Assembly: GCA_002633005.1 (NCBI GenBank) | Contig: NMRA01000287.1 | Location: 264,238-328,237 of the forward strand | DNA: 64,000 bases | From: Phoronis australis | Lineage: Eukaryota > Animalia > Phoronida | Direction of reading: 5' to 3' | Shown: positions 25,736 to 38,604 of the stretch, one piece after another | Position numbering within the stretch: the first letter of the stretch is position 1 | Layout: every line of letters starts with the position of its first letter | Notes under the pieces: generated by a model | The model's input: the letters and a program-made list of their open reading frames with translations, nothing else | What the model was told of the DNA's origin: nothing | Databases searched by the model: none | Made by a program: the position numbers and the translations under genes

Positions 25736-27587
25736 TTTTTAACAGTGATATATATTTATTGAAGGATACACAGAACATACAAAGAAATAATAACAAACCC
25801 AGAAACCGCGAAGCATTATATCTGGGTTGTAAACAATTCATAAATGAAACTCATATACATAGAAGAATATACAATTAAGTAGTATCTAAAATAAGTATTC
25901 CAATACTTAGACATGCTATTACAGATATATAAAAACAAAAATATGTACAGATTCATGTAGGGAAATCAGATGCAACAATATTGATAAGCGGTGCATAAGG
26001 AATTCGTTGAGAAAGAAGACAAGGTTAGGATTACCATTCAGTAATAATGTAACTCTAGTAGGGATATTATTACAAGAATTGAGAGCGTTAACAATTGATT
26101 GGTTATCATTGAGTGCACGAAAGAGTGAGTCTCTCAGGGATTCGATGAGGGGACATTTGAAGAAAATATGAGGATAAGATTGATGGTCACCACATTTACA
26201 GTTTGGAGAGACATTACTAAAGTTGTGCTTGAACTTATCAGAGTTGAGGAAAAGGCCACATCTTGATCTGTACAATGCTATTTCGTTATCGCGGGTAAGG
26301 GAGATTGAGTCAAGGGTGTTGAGTTATCAAAATTATGAAAAACAGTTATTATTATTTATACTCGTAAAAGTGTTGCTTTCTTTAACAGAGACTGGAAGAA
26401 AATTCCAGTTGTTGATGCACATCATGACTGTAGACCTTTTGAATGCCTGACTGAACGGAGGAATTGCATATGGGGTGGAGGATCTCAAATAACTTCGATG
26501 GCCTTGTCTAGTATATAGGTCAAATATTTTTTTGACAGACTCGTTGTTGACATTGTTTATTACCTTAAAAGTAAATGTGGTCATGTGAAGATTGCGTCGA
26601 GTAGACAGCTTGGGCCACTTGAGACTATTCAAAACCGTAACACTATTGGATCCTCTGTAAGCTCCGGTTATGAGTAAGGCGGCTTGATATTGTAACTTCT
26701 CCAAATGTTGGAGTGCACCAGTATTGGCAGACTGATATATAACATCACAATAATCAATGTGTGGAAGTACAAAGGATTTGAACAAAACTTCTAAATGTGT
26801 AGAATTCAGATGACGAGAGACAAGCTTAAGTGGGTTAATTAGTTCCTGAGTTTTCTGTACGAGCTCCCGAACGTGAGGGGTGAATGAGAGATTTTCATCT
26901 AACAGTATACCCAGATGTCTGTGCGACTGTTTTCTAGGAATGATTTCATCATTAAGTTTAAGTTCATAAGACGGGTCAACAAGGCAGAGAGCATTAATAG
27001 ATTTGGAGAAGGTGAGGTCAACGCTTTTTTCTGGTTTAAAATTCATTCTCCATTCTTGTGACTAATAGCTTAGTTTATTTAAGTCCTGTTGAAGCTGCAA
27101 AGAACATTCAGGGCTGCTCCCTGCGAAGGGGTAAAAAAGCGCCGTGTCATCTGCATAAAGGTATGTGCTACAAGACAGGTTATCAGGAAGGTCATTAATA
27201 TAAACCAAGAATAGAAGAGGGCCCAATACGCTACCCTGCGGTACACCTGCGTTTACAAATCCAGGAGGGGATAAATTTGAAAGTACGTCGTCGACACGAA
27301 CACTGTATGTTCTTTCGGAGAGATATGAGGTGTTCATGTTTAAAAGATTACCAGTAATGCCATAGGATCGAAGTTTGTGAAGTAGAAGGTCGTGAGGGAC
27401 ACAATCGAAAGCAGAAGCTATATCTAAAAAATGAACCTGACACTCTCGCCCTTCTCAAAATGTAAATGAATCTCATGTACTATTTCAACAAGTTGTGTCA
27501 CGGTGCTGTTCCCACGCAAAAAACCAAATTGACGATAATAGACCAAATTGTTTTGTTTGAGAAATGTAAGAATACTTTGAGCAATGA
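25736..27587 (-). mobile_element. 5'-truncated CR1/L2-type LINE (RT C-terminal half plus 3' UTR)
   Basis: [47 protein letters not shown]; AATAAA plus A tail; 11-bp TSD TTTGATAGATT at 25725-25735 and 27588-27598. Confidence 0.93.
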
Positions 27588-28401
27588 TTTGATAGATTCT
27601 ACAGCACAGATGGAGGAGACTGGGCAAAAGTTAACATTATGCAAGCGCAGCCAATACTCCGTACGTACCTTCGTTACATGTACATATAGAATGTATTAAG
27701 GGTCTGATATACGGAGCGACTTTACGCAGTCTCTAGCTCCACAAAACCACGGTGACTAATGGTTTGCCAATCAAGCTTTATTTCAACTTTGATCGAAACA
27801 TTTTGCAACGTTTGACGGAATATCGCCATAAACAACAAACGACAAGAAATCATCTAGCACAAAATCTTAACAATAGGGTTTTAAGAGAAGTCAACATAAC
27901 AGAAAAAATACACCATCAACTATTTTTGAGTATTACCTGAACATTTGGAGGAATATCAACTAAGAGTAAATTAAAAAAAATGTTCTTAAAGCAAGGAACC
28001 ATTGAACGTCATACAAACGGAAAATGTCAGACATGTTAAACCATCCGGTTCAAGAAAAAGCAATGTTAGGTTTTTGAAACAATGTGCAGCTTGATCACCT
28101 TGCTGAACAATTTATTTTCTGCCTTCGTGACGTTTGCTGTACTGTTACTCGGTGGGACTGTCCCAATGAAAATTGGAACAGAGGTTGGCTCTTGTGTATG
28201 AAGCATTAACCGGTGGTGGAGATAGTCGCCTTCGCAAGAAACGCTGTCCACAGTATGATTGTGCTTGGAATATTTTTGCATCCAGCTGACACTACAAGAA
28301 GGGGTCAAAGCCATGTACGTTTAATAATAAATTTTTGACAAACTATGGTTTGAATCAGACCAACATACATGTAAGGCTTACGTGTGCTTTGCCAAGTATG
28401 C

Positions 28402-28651
28402 TGTAAATTGTTCGCATGTCAGTACAGTAGGTGCGACGATGTTGTCTGATATGTTCAACGGCTTACTTAAATGTAACTGACCACCACTGTGTCAAGAACC
28501 GGAAAATGTTTATTGTTGTGCTCCGATGAACAATACAATACGAACATATACACATCCCCTTTACTTAAAACCTTTTTCAACTGAACCTCTAAAGTCCTAA
28601 GTTGTAAACAAGCCGTACTGTACTAAAAGTCTTTCCACTACCCTAGTAAAC

Positions 28652-28708
<57 letters not shown>

Positions 28709-31700
28709 AGTGAACTAGTGCGTCTTATAGTCTTCCAGATATTTGGGTGAGTTAACCACTCTTCCCGCCCGCGTTAGAATTCGAAACCTTTCTGGAGATT
28801 CTAGCGACGGTGACGGAGGTTCCGCTGTACTGGTGTCCCTAGTTGCTTGCCTATCCGATGGTACAGTTAACTCAGGAGTCGGGGCTTTGACAGGTTCGTG
28901 ATACGGACGAAGGACGTGTCTGTAGCAACGAAGTAAGTCCTGACCGCACTCAACTGAATAAGACCTATTGGTCAGCTGCTTATGTACTTACGCATCTTTC
29001 CATTGTGCAAGACGAGAGCTAAAGTCCCTAGCTAGGACTGGTGTTCCTTCCTCAATGGGTTCAAGAGGCCTAGTGTTCTTGTTGTAAGACTTAGCTACTT
29101 GTTTTCTCCACTTCTCTTTTTCTATCCTGTTTCTTAGAGAACGGCCATCTATTTTCAACAACGACGGCAACGGTGTTCTCGTGGATCTTCCCAACAACCG
29201 CTCTATGGGGCTCGTTGAAAAGGTAGCTGTAGGAGTATTACGGTATTCTAGTAAGCCTAACTGGAGATCACTAGACCTCTTCAGTAATCTTTTCGCAATT
29301 TTGACCGCCGATTCTGCTTTTCCATTAGAGCGGTGGTGGTGCGGTGACGACGAAGAGTGATGGAAGCTCCACGCTTTGCTGAACTCAGCAAACTCTCTGG
29401 ACATGAACTGGGCTGTATTGTCGCTTTGGAGGAAATGTGGAACTCCTAAACGCGCAAATACGCGTTTCAACGTGTTTACCGTGGTACTCACAGTAGTATT
29501 TTTCAGCTTTTCCAACTCTAGATAATCTGAATGATAGTCCCTAATGACCAAGTAATCAACACCCGCATGTGACAGAAGAACGAACCCAACTTTAATCCAT
29601 GGCTGATCCGGGATCGAGTGTTGGAGTAGCTCAACTGCGGAGTTGCGTGGAGCATCTCTTTGACACGAGTTACTTTGTTAGATGATGCGATGTATGTCTT
29701 TAGTTATACCGGGTCAAAAGATTGTTCGTCGAGCTCGTCGCAGTGTTGAAGCTAGCCCCTGATGGCTGGCGTGTAGCAGACTCAACATGTGATTTCGCAA
29801 ATATTTCGGAATCACAATCTGATTCCCCTTGATCACCAAACCGTGATGTATAGCCAGTTCGGAACGAACTGACCGAAATGGTGCCAAGTCATCAGTGCAC
29901 TCTCGCCAATGCGAGAAGAAGCTTTGGCATAAGTTTTGAAGTTCTTCGTCGTCCTTTGTATGTTTGCGCACCCACTCTAGCATCGGATCTACAAGTGGTG
30001 GATCAGCGGTGATCGTGGCTTTTCAATGAAGGAAAAAACACGGTCGTAATTAATGTCTATCGCCGTCATTATACTCCAGCACCTTGTCGATACTAATTTC
30101 GTTCACCAACTTTTGATACGCTTCTTGCAGGTCAGTTCCCCACACAAAACTAGCTTTCGGAGCTTGTAGAAGACGACGTAGTGGTTCGCACTCAGCCGAT
30201 AAGTTCGGAATGAACTTAGACATGTAATTATCATGTCCCAGGAATTAGTGTACTTGGTCACCATCTTTGGGTGGGGGCATTTCACGAATGGCCTTGACCT
30301 TCTCCGGATTCGGCTTGACCCCCTTTGCGGTCAATACATGCCCAATATAGGGGAGTTCTTCCTTTGACACATTTCCTTCTGTTAAGTTTAAGACCAGACT
30401 CTCGAGCGCGCAGTAGCAGTAGCTTTAAATTTTGATCATGGTCCGCACGGTCACAACCATCAATAAGTATGTCGTCTGCAACGACCGTTACCCCCTTTAA
30501 GTCATGTAGAACCTGGGGAAGTCGCCTCTGAAATTCTTCTGGGGACGTCGAAAGACCGAAAGGCATTCGCAGCCATTTGTACTGCCCTCCTGGTCCCCAG
30601 AGTGTGGTAAGCTCCGCCGACCTGTCACTAAGGCGTACTTGCAGAAATCCGCCGCGAGCATCACACAGAGAAGAATGTTTCGCTCCTGCGAGTTCAGGCA
30701 AAACATCTTCGATACAGGGCATAGTGAAATGGTTGCGTTTTAGAGCTGAATTCAGATTTTTGGGGTCTAGGCACAAACGTGTCTGACCGTTCGCTTTTCG
30801 GACCGGTTGGGCGTGACTGATCCATTCGGTAGGATGGTCTATCTTAGTTATAATGCCGTGCTCCTCCAACTCGTTGAGTTTCTTTTGCACGTCGGCTTTC
30901 ATAGACAAAGGAATTTTGCGAGGTTTAACCTGCACCGGTCGTACCTGCTCATCTAACTCTATGTGGTATTCCCCAGGAAGCGTCCCGAGGCAGGTAAACA
31001 CGTCTGAGAATTCTTCCAGAAGGGTATCCAAATCTTCCTGAACTAGATTGACGCTTTCGCTCACTGTGACGAGACCATAGTCGACACACAATTTGCCCGA
31101 TAGCAAACTGGGCTGTTTGGTATCTACCACCAAACACTGGAACTCTCGGTCACTCCCATTAACTGTAGTTCGCAGCTTGCACGCCCCCAACGGTTTTAGT
31201 TTCGTGTTATTGTACACTTCAATGGTATGCGGAGTTGGTATCAACGCTGGGCTTCCCAATGTTTTATAGTCGGCATAGGCTAGAGTGTTAGTAGTTGCTC
31301 CCAAATCCATTTTGAATTTTAAGCTCGTTTTGCCCTCGAGGCACTGTATGGGCAAGTGCGCAAACCATTTGCGACCACAACGGGATTGTGAAACATTAAT
31401 CAGGTAGGCTTCCTCACCGGAGGGCGCAGAAAAATTTTCTGTGTCTGACTGGAGAAAATGATTCGCCTGATCATTACTTTGTTTTGCTCTGGGGCAGCAG
31501 GCGGCATAGTAGTTACGGCGGTTACAGTTGTGGCACGTTTTACCGTATGCCGGCAACGTCGGCATGATTAGTTGCACAATTGCCACACACTTGTGGCTGC
31601 TGAGTTGATGATCCTTTCTTAGGTTTTGCATAGGTTTTAATCGCATTTAACGCTTCATCCTTGCGGACACTTTTCAGGTCTAAAGCGCGGCCTCATCTGC

Positions 31701-32367
31701 GCGACATATTCTTAACGCCTGATCCAATGTAATGGCTAACTCTTCAAAAAGTTTTCTTCTCGTTCTTTCATTGTCGTTACCTAATAACAATGCTTATAGT
31801 ATCATGCGGTCGTACATCTCAGAGGGGAACGCGCAGTCACGCGCTATCGCGTGCAGTTCAGTTAGGTAGTCGTCTATTGACCTACTGCCTTGACGTAAAG
31901 TGAGTAATTTATGTGTCTGGGCCACAACGTTTATCCGCGGTTTACAAACCCTGTAGGCTTTCCCAGTACCTTTGCTAGGTCTTCTTTGTCTGATTCTGCT
32001 TCCCATTCGAAAGAGTAAAATATATCATTCCCATATTCACCTATTGTTCTCAGAAGCAGAGCCACTTTGACTTTGTTCGCTGCATAGTCTCGGTTTGTGG
32101 CTGTAAAGAAAATTCCGAAATTCCTCCGAAATCTTTTCTATTGTTCCGGCAGGTTTTCACCCTGTTTCAAGGGTTCGGGCGATAGAAACTTATCCGACAT
32201 TCCTCACTCGGGCACCATGTAAATTGTTTGGGTGTCAGTGCAGTAGTCGCGACGATGTTGTCTCACATGTTCAACCGCTACTTAAATGTAACTGACCACC
32301 ATTGTGTCAAGAACCGGAAACTGTTTATTGTTGTGCTCCGATGAACAATACAATACGAACATATAAA
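28402..32367 (-). mobile_element. Ty3/Gypsy (Mag-like) LTR retrotransposon with both LTRs, inactivated
   Basis: LTRs 28402-28552 and 32218-32367; PBS TGGTGCCCGAGTGAGG (tRNA-Met-like); PPT; gag ATG at 32200; protease DLGA, RT VADDIL, integrase HASHQG/SDNTAQF/SNGKAESAVK; stops and frameshifts; RNase H largely missing. Confidence 0.95.
28652..28708. repeat. (CTAA)n microsatellite in Gypsy 3' UTR
   Basis: Direct inspection. Confidence 0.9.
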
Positions 32368-33203
32368 CTGCGATCACTACTGTGGAACCTACTTCACTTT
32401 TCCCAGCGCTTTCACTGCAATGTACATCAAAGAACACCGTGGGTTGGGCTAGCTTCTTAAACAGGTCAACTCTGTTCGAGGTTCATTTTAAAGTGAGGAT
32501 TATCAAAATCGCACGGGGGGAATTCCAGTGAACTGATGTCAATATAGGTTAATTACAGATGAAAACATTTTTGAGAACGACCAGTGGTTGAGCAAGGCTA
32601 GAAGTGGACAGAGTGACAGAGACTGTACGGGGATGGACAGTGACAAAGTTCATGTTAAAACATTATATCCAGCGTATCTCGAGCTCATATAAGGTATTTT
32701 CATCCATTGGACACACTGAATGATCTAAGATGTTGCATGGGCGCCCCTATATGCACCTACAGTGTGTTAACAATTTTACACTTAGTGATGAAGAATTTGA
32801 ATCTAAAAAGAAACCATAATTTTTATAAGCGTAGACATTTCTGAGTATAAACGCTTTAGCCTCAATACATTGGAATACAATCCAATGAGAAAATGCCGCG
32901 ACCGAATTGGCGGTCCACCAAAGATGAGGACATTAAGTGCATACTCCTTAGTTAAAGCACAATGAAATTACAAGTGCATTTCCACTTGTGACGGACGTGC
33001 AATCACAGAACATTCTGATTAACTGTGAAAAAATATTTAAATCAAGAAAAATAATTAATGAACCAATTTGTAGGTCTCTTTGAAACGTTTACTTGTATGT
33101 ATCAATTTTTGTCGAATCACTTTGCGTAGCGGAAGAAAATGTCATCAAAGGTATGTGACAGACGTACGCAGTGAATTTGATTTTTTTGAAATTTTAACTT
33201 TCC

Positions 33204-36200
33204 TTGCAATTTTCCGTGAATTGTGTAATGTGGTAACTTTTTGAATGGTATGGTGATATAGTGGAATGTTTAAGATATAAAACACATAAAAGATTTAAGG
33301 TCATCTGTATGAAATATCCAGTAGGCTTAATTATTGTAAGATGAGTAACTGTGACGGACGAACGTGACGTGTGCATTTCTTAAACGTAAACGTTACATTA
33401 TTGCAAAATTTGTAAGCCACATCCTTCCTGGTGGTGATTTAGTCAATTACTTAAATAAAACAAGGTCTTTTATGTTTAAATAACTTAAAAGTAAGTTATC
33501 GCCTGATTTAGCTCCTGGTTAATTAATTAGAACATTTACGACAAGGTCAACTTTTTACCTTATCTACTTTAAATAAACTAGCTAAAACATCTCAACTGTT
33601 CAAATAGATAAATGTTAAACTTTCTGTTTTGAGATATACATTCGGACGAAAATATATGTAACAGTCCTAAATGTCTAATCTGCAACTCGTTGGAAAACTG
33701 CTGTCTCAAAATTCTAACTTTCTGAACATGGAACTTAACCTTGATTAATAGAGAACGTTTTTTCAAGTGCTTATGGAACGTAGTGATTTCACTCTAACGG
33801 GCAATGAAAATGGTCCGCCACAATTCAAGATTACTGGACCATGAAATATACACGAATTGCGCTTCTCATCTGAATTATCTCTGCGAGGCTAGTCAAACAG
33901 CTCACTACTCAGAGAATGAAGAATCTTAAACTGAACAAATTCGTTTTCAACAGATATTGCTCTACCTACATAAAACTCATTTTATGTAATCCACAGCATA
34001 ATACTTTTCCACGTAAATTGTTCCACTGAAAATTTCCAATGTCTGTTTCATGTGGAGTTCAAAAAACAATGACTTGTCGATATTTTCTAATGTCCTCAGT
34101 GTGCACCAGTGGGGTGGGTAGTGAAAGTGTACGTGTATATAACAATACGCAAACTCCGCAGTGACATGAGTTTGGCTGCCGTGGAACATCATGCCTGTCA
34201 TTCGAAATACAGTTCCATTCTTTCACGTCATACTTCATGCATGAAAGGACATCAAGCATCTTGGATATGGTTTTCTGCTGAGTTGGCTTAACAAAATCCC
34301 CTGCTTTACTGTCGAGCACAACTATGTACTTGTGTCTGGTGAAACACACAGAAAGAATCAATGACCGCTGCCATTGGGATTACATGGTACAAAAAGCACC
34401 TTTTTCAAATTTCCAAGCGGATCTTCAGATAGGTTATAAGTACTGCATCTCTCAAAATTTCGCAAATGTACAAGCAATGTTACAGTTTTCTGCAATTATC
34501 CTGAGATACTCATCAATAACAAAGTTTGACAACCACTTCCCTTGTAGTGTGTTGCTATCCCCAATGGGGACAACACCATGAACGATAGCAGAAACCAACT
34601 CCTGATGTTCAGCCAGTTTAAACGGCATTTGCGGTTGAATCTTTTCAATGACACATTTGGAACACTGGGTAGAATCATCTTAACACTTCACAAAAAGACT
34701 CAAACATTGCATCTTCAGGCAATTCTCGTATTTGTACAAGGTTGTCCTCAGGGGAATCAGACCTGTCAGCTACGAGGAGAGGACATGACACAACCCCGAC
34801 GCACTAACAAAGTGCGTCTTCCGAGTGTGAGGAACCGCTAGCACACCTTCCCATGACTTCATAAGCATTTCATGTACATCATGAATAATACCGTCACCGT
34901 TAAATTGAATACTTATTCCCGGATTTCTCTCTCTCTCTCGCTACGTCTGGATACTGCCCTGGGTTTTTACGGTACATTTTCCAGTTTTGATAGCACTCCA
35001 AACAGTTCTTTCCACAGTTGCACCCAATCCATCAACAAGGCCATTGCCATGGGAGGTGGCAAAGAAGTGCCAATTTATGTTCGCGTTAAAACGACTCTCC
35101 CATTGAAGAAGGTTTGAGAATGACTATCTTTGCTTGAATTGTGAAGTAGCGCTTTCACACAAGATGTTCATTTCTTTTATTAGAGGGTATTTCTCTTTCC
35201 CCTTACCCAAAATGGCAGTGAGGAAAATGTACACACTTTGCTTAGGATGACTGACATTATCTAAGACTATGACAAAGTTCATGCGAAGTTGTTCACTTAT
35301 CCAAGTATGTGCAGTGAAAAGAGACACTTTTGCATGGCTCCAATGGGCAGCTTGAACTTCATATTTTGAATGATTGTCGCGTTCTCCGACAAATCAACCT
35401 GAATTGCAACTTCTTTACCATTGCAAGGTGCCACAAGGCAGTCCAATTTTCTGGCTTGTCTTCTTTTAATATAAGTATGGATGAGAAAGTTTTTCAAACT
35501 TTTCTTCAATTCCAAAAATACATCCATCACTGTACCAATAATATTGACCTTCTCCGCAAACTGCCATTGCTGATAACGAACTGGCACATTCCGAACCTCT
35601 CTACTTGAATTTACTGTGCCAGTGAATGGAGCACATTTTTCACATTTGCAGAACATACAGTCTTTGCACTCCTCATCACATGTCACCTGCCAGATAAAAT
35701 TATGAAATGTGCTAGACAACAAAGTTTAAACATGCAAAGCTTCCAGAAACAGGCGCACATTTTTGTGGTATGAGCAGACGCAGATGTTGTGCGGAATTTT
35801 GTCAAATAATTTCACACATTTTGGTCAGAGTTCACAAAAATTTACTTAGTCCAATCTGTAACCCGTGATACATTTCAGAGAATATATGAAAGACTTCTGA
35901 GAATGACATGAGCATGTACCGAGTTTGTTCAGTTATCTTCCCTTTTTACTGCTTCCATCTTTTTCTCGGATGATAATCCTATCTTTTCTTCCAGGAGCTT
36001 GCCATGATATATCATTCCTTACTTTATAACCAAGCTTTTAGTTTCTTCACTGATTGCCCTAGCTGTATGTTCCATAGTTTTTTTCTTCACATCCAGTCCT
36101 AACTGTTTTGCTACCTCCCTCACTGCATACCTTCTTTTTCTGGGCGAAAACAGTAACGATGCTTGGGCTATCTTTACTACTTTTTCTTTCGCTTGTTTGG

Positions 36201-36810
36201 ATTTAAATGGTAATATTTCTGCATCTTGGGTTGTTTTACCGATTTTAAAACACTCCTATACTTCCTGATTCTTAGCTTCTCTTTAAACTTCAATTTCTTT
36301 ATTTCAAGTTTCGTGCCTTGGCTCTCGCAGCTGATTTCCAAGTTTTCCCTTCTTTTCTGCTGTCTCTCTTTAGCAGAAGCCATTTTAGCAGGTGAGTCCC
36401 AAGGTACAAACTAAAGTATCCCAAAGTAATAAGCATATTTGGAACTCAAGTGTTATAACTCTATTTGATGTTCTTCAGTAAGTTGGAAAGGGATTTCGCT
36501 AGAAAAATTTTAATTTTTTTGGACAAAATTCAAGCTTAAGATTTATGTGTCTGCATAAAATCAGTTATGTTGTTCAGTTCTTATCATTCACTTGTCAGTA
36601 ACAAGAATTCAAGATACACTCAAAAATCTAGAACAATTTTAGAGGTCAAGTGACCTCCAAAACTACAAGTGTGTGGCCAAAATTTGTTTTTGAAAATTCA
36701 AATACTGTTCCCGAAATTAGAAGGATTGGTCTTTCAGATGAGAACAAAATCATAAAGATAGCTGCAATTTCGATTTATGTCTAGAGGTTGACCTTTTCAC
36801 GGAATTGCTC
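33204..36810 (-). mobile_element. Degenerate Sola2-like DNA transposon with C-terminal Ulp1/C48 peptidase
   Basis: End GAGCAATTCCGTGAA (36810, - strand) with a degraded counterpart at ~33204; motifs ICVCSYHKN, QVDLSEN, WHFFATSHGNGLVDGLGATVER; Ulp1-like KWLSNFVIDEYL and VVLDS..PRQPNSCHCGV. Confidence 0.72.
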
Positions 36811-36912
36811 ACAGATAAAATTCTCATTTCTCAATTGTATAAACAATTATGGCGACATCATCAAAATGTTTAGAAGTACCCACAGAACAGTTCATCGGGA
36901 AAATTGACATAC

Positions 36913-36948
36913 CTCCACCATCTCCATTTCTAGTTGGCGTACTGGTGT
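36913..36948 (-). CDS. Gene B 36-nt stalk micro-exon (DTSTPTRNGDGG)
   Basis: tttcAG|...GGAG|GTATGT, phase 1-1. Confidence 0.6.
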
Positions 36949-37446
36949 CTGAAATCATAATTTAATTTCAAAATAAAAGTTGTAAGTGGGAGTTGCTGAA
37001 CGAGACAAATAAAAACCCAAGGATCAAAATGTTACTGGCGTACTGTCTACCTAATATTACTGGCGTATTGTCTACCTAATATTACTGGCGTACTGTCTAC
37101 CTAATATTACTGGCGTATTGTCTACCTAATATTACTGGCATATTGTCTGCCTAATAATGCTGGCGTATTATCTACCTAAGGCTCATCTCTAATCTCATTG
37201 TAAGTGGACAAAGTTAATTTCATGTTAGAAGAACATTGACATACTCTATCTCCAAAATCTCCATTTCCAGTAGGCTTAGTTGTATCTACAAATCATAATT
37301 TAGTTTCACAATTAGTATTTTGTCTGTAAGTGAATGTTGTTGCAAGAGACAAATAAAACTCAAGGAGGCAAAAGTTAATGGAGTATTGTCTACCTAATGC
37401 TCAGATTTAATGTGATCACTGAATTTAGAGAAAAATATTGACATAC

Positions 37447-37482
37447 CTCCACCATCTCCATTTCCAGTTGGCTTAGTGGTAT
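37447..37482 (-). CDS. Gene B 36-nt stalk micro-exon (DTTKPTGNGDGG)
   Basis: ttctAG|...GGAG|GTATGT, phase 1-1. Confidence 0.6.
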
Positions 37483-37644
37483 CTAGAAATCATAATTTAG
37501 TTTCACAATTAATACTTTTTCTGTAAGAGAGAATTGTTGATAGAGACAAATAAAAACTCAAGAAGGCAAAAGTTATTGGAGTATTGTCTACCTAATGCTC
37601 AGATTTAATGTGATCACTGAATTTAGAGAAAAATATTGACATAC

Positions 37645-37680
37645 CTCCACCATCTCCATTTCTAGTTGGCTTACTGGTGT
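37645..37680 (-). CDS. Gene B 36-nt stalk micro-exon (DTSKPTRNGDGG)
   Basis: tttcAG|...GGAG|GTATGT, phase 1-1. Confidence 0.6.
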
Positions 37681-38177
37681 CTGAAATCATAATTTAATTT
37701 CAAAATAAAAATTGTAAGTGAGAGTCGCTGAACGAGACAAATAAAGACCCAAGGATCAAAATGTTACTGGCGTACTGTCTACCTAATATTACTAGCGTAT
37801 TGTCTACCTAATATTACTTGCATAATGTCTGCCTAATGTTACTGGCGTATTGTCTACCTAATGTTACAAGCGTATTGTCTACCTAATGTTACTGGCGTAT
37901 TGTCTACCTAAAGCTCAGCTCTAATCTCATTGTAAGGGAACAAAGTTAATTTCATGTTAGAGGAAGATTGACATACTCTATCTCCAAAATTTCCATTTTC
38001 AGTTGGCTTAGTTGTATCTCCAAATCATAATTTAGTTTCACAATTAGTATTTTGTCTGTACCTGAATGTTGTTGCAAGAGACAAATAAAACTCAAGGAGG
38101 AAAAATTATTGGAGTATTGTCTACCTAATGCTCAGATTTAATGTGATCACTGAATTTAGAGAAAAATATTGACACAC

Positions 38178-38213
38178 CCCCACCATCTCCATTTCCAGTT
38201 GGCTTAGTGGTAT
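38178..38213 (-). CDS. Gene B 36-nt stalk micro-exon (DTTKPTGNGDGG), weaker donor
   Basis: ttatAG|...GGGG|GTGTGT, phase 1-1. Confidence 0.5.
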
Positions 38214-38568
38214 CTATAAATCATAATTTAGTTTCATAATTAGTATTTTTTCTGTAAGAGAGAATTGGTGATAGAGACAAATAAAAACTCAAGAAGGCAA
38301 AAGTTACTGGAGTATTGCTTACCTAATGCTCAGATTTAATATGATCTCCGAATTTAGAAAAAAAATTGACATACCCCCACCATATCCATTTCCGGTTGGC
38401 TTAGTGGTATTTAAAAATCACAATTTAGTTTCATAATTAGTATTATTCTGTAAGTGAGAGTTGCTGATAGAGACAAATAAAACTCAAGGAAGCAAGTTAC
38501 TGGAGTATTGTCTACCTAATGCTCAGATTTAATGTGATCACTGAATTTAGAGAAAAATATTGACATAC

Positions 38569-38604
38569 CTCCACCATCTCCATTTCCAGTTGGCTTAGTG
38601 GTAT
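38569..38604 (-). CDS. Gene B 36-nt stalk micro-exon (DTTKPTGNGDGG)
   Basis: ttatAG|...GGAG|GTATGT, phase 1-1. Confidence 0.6.
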
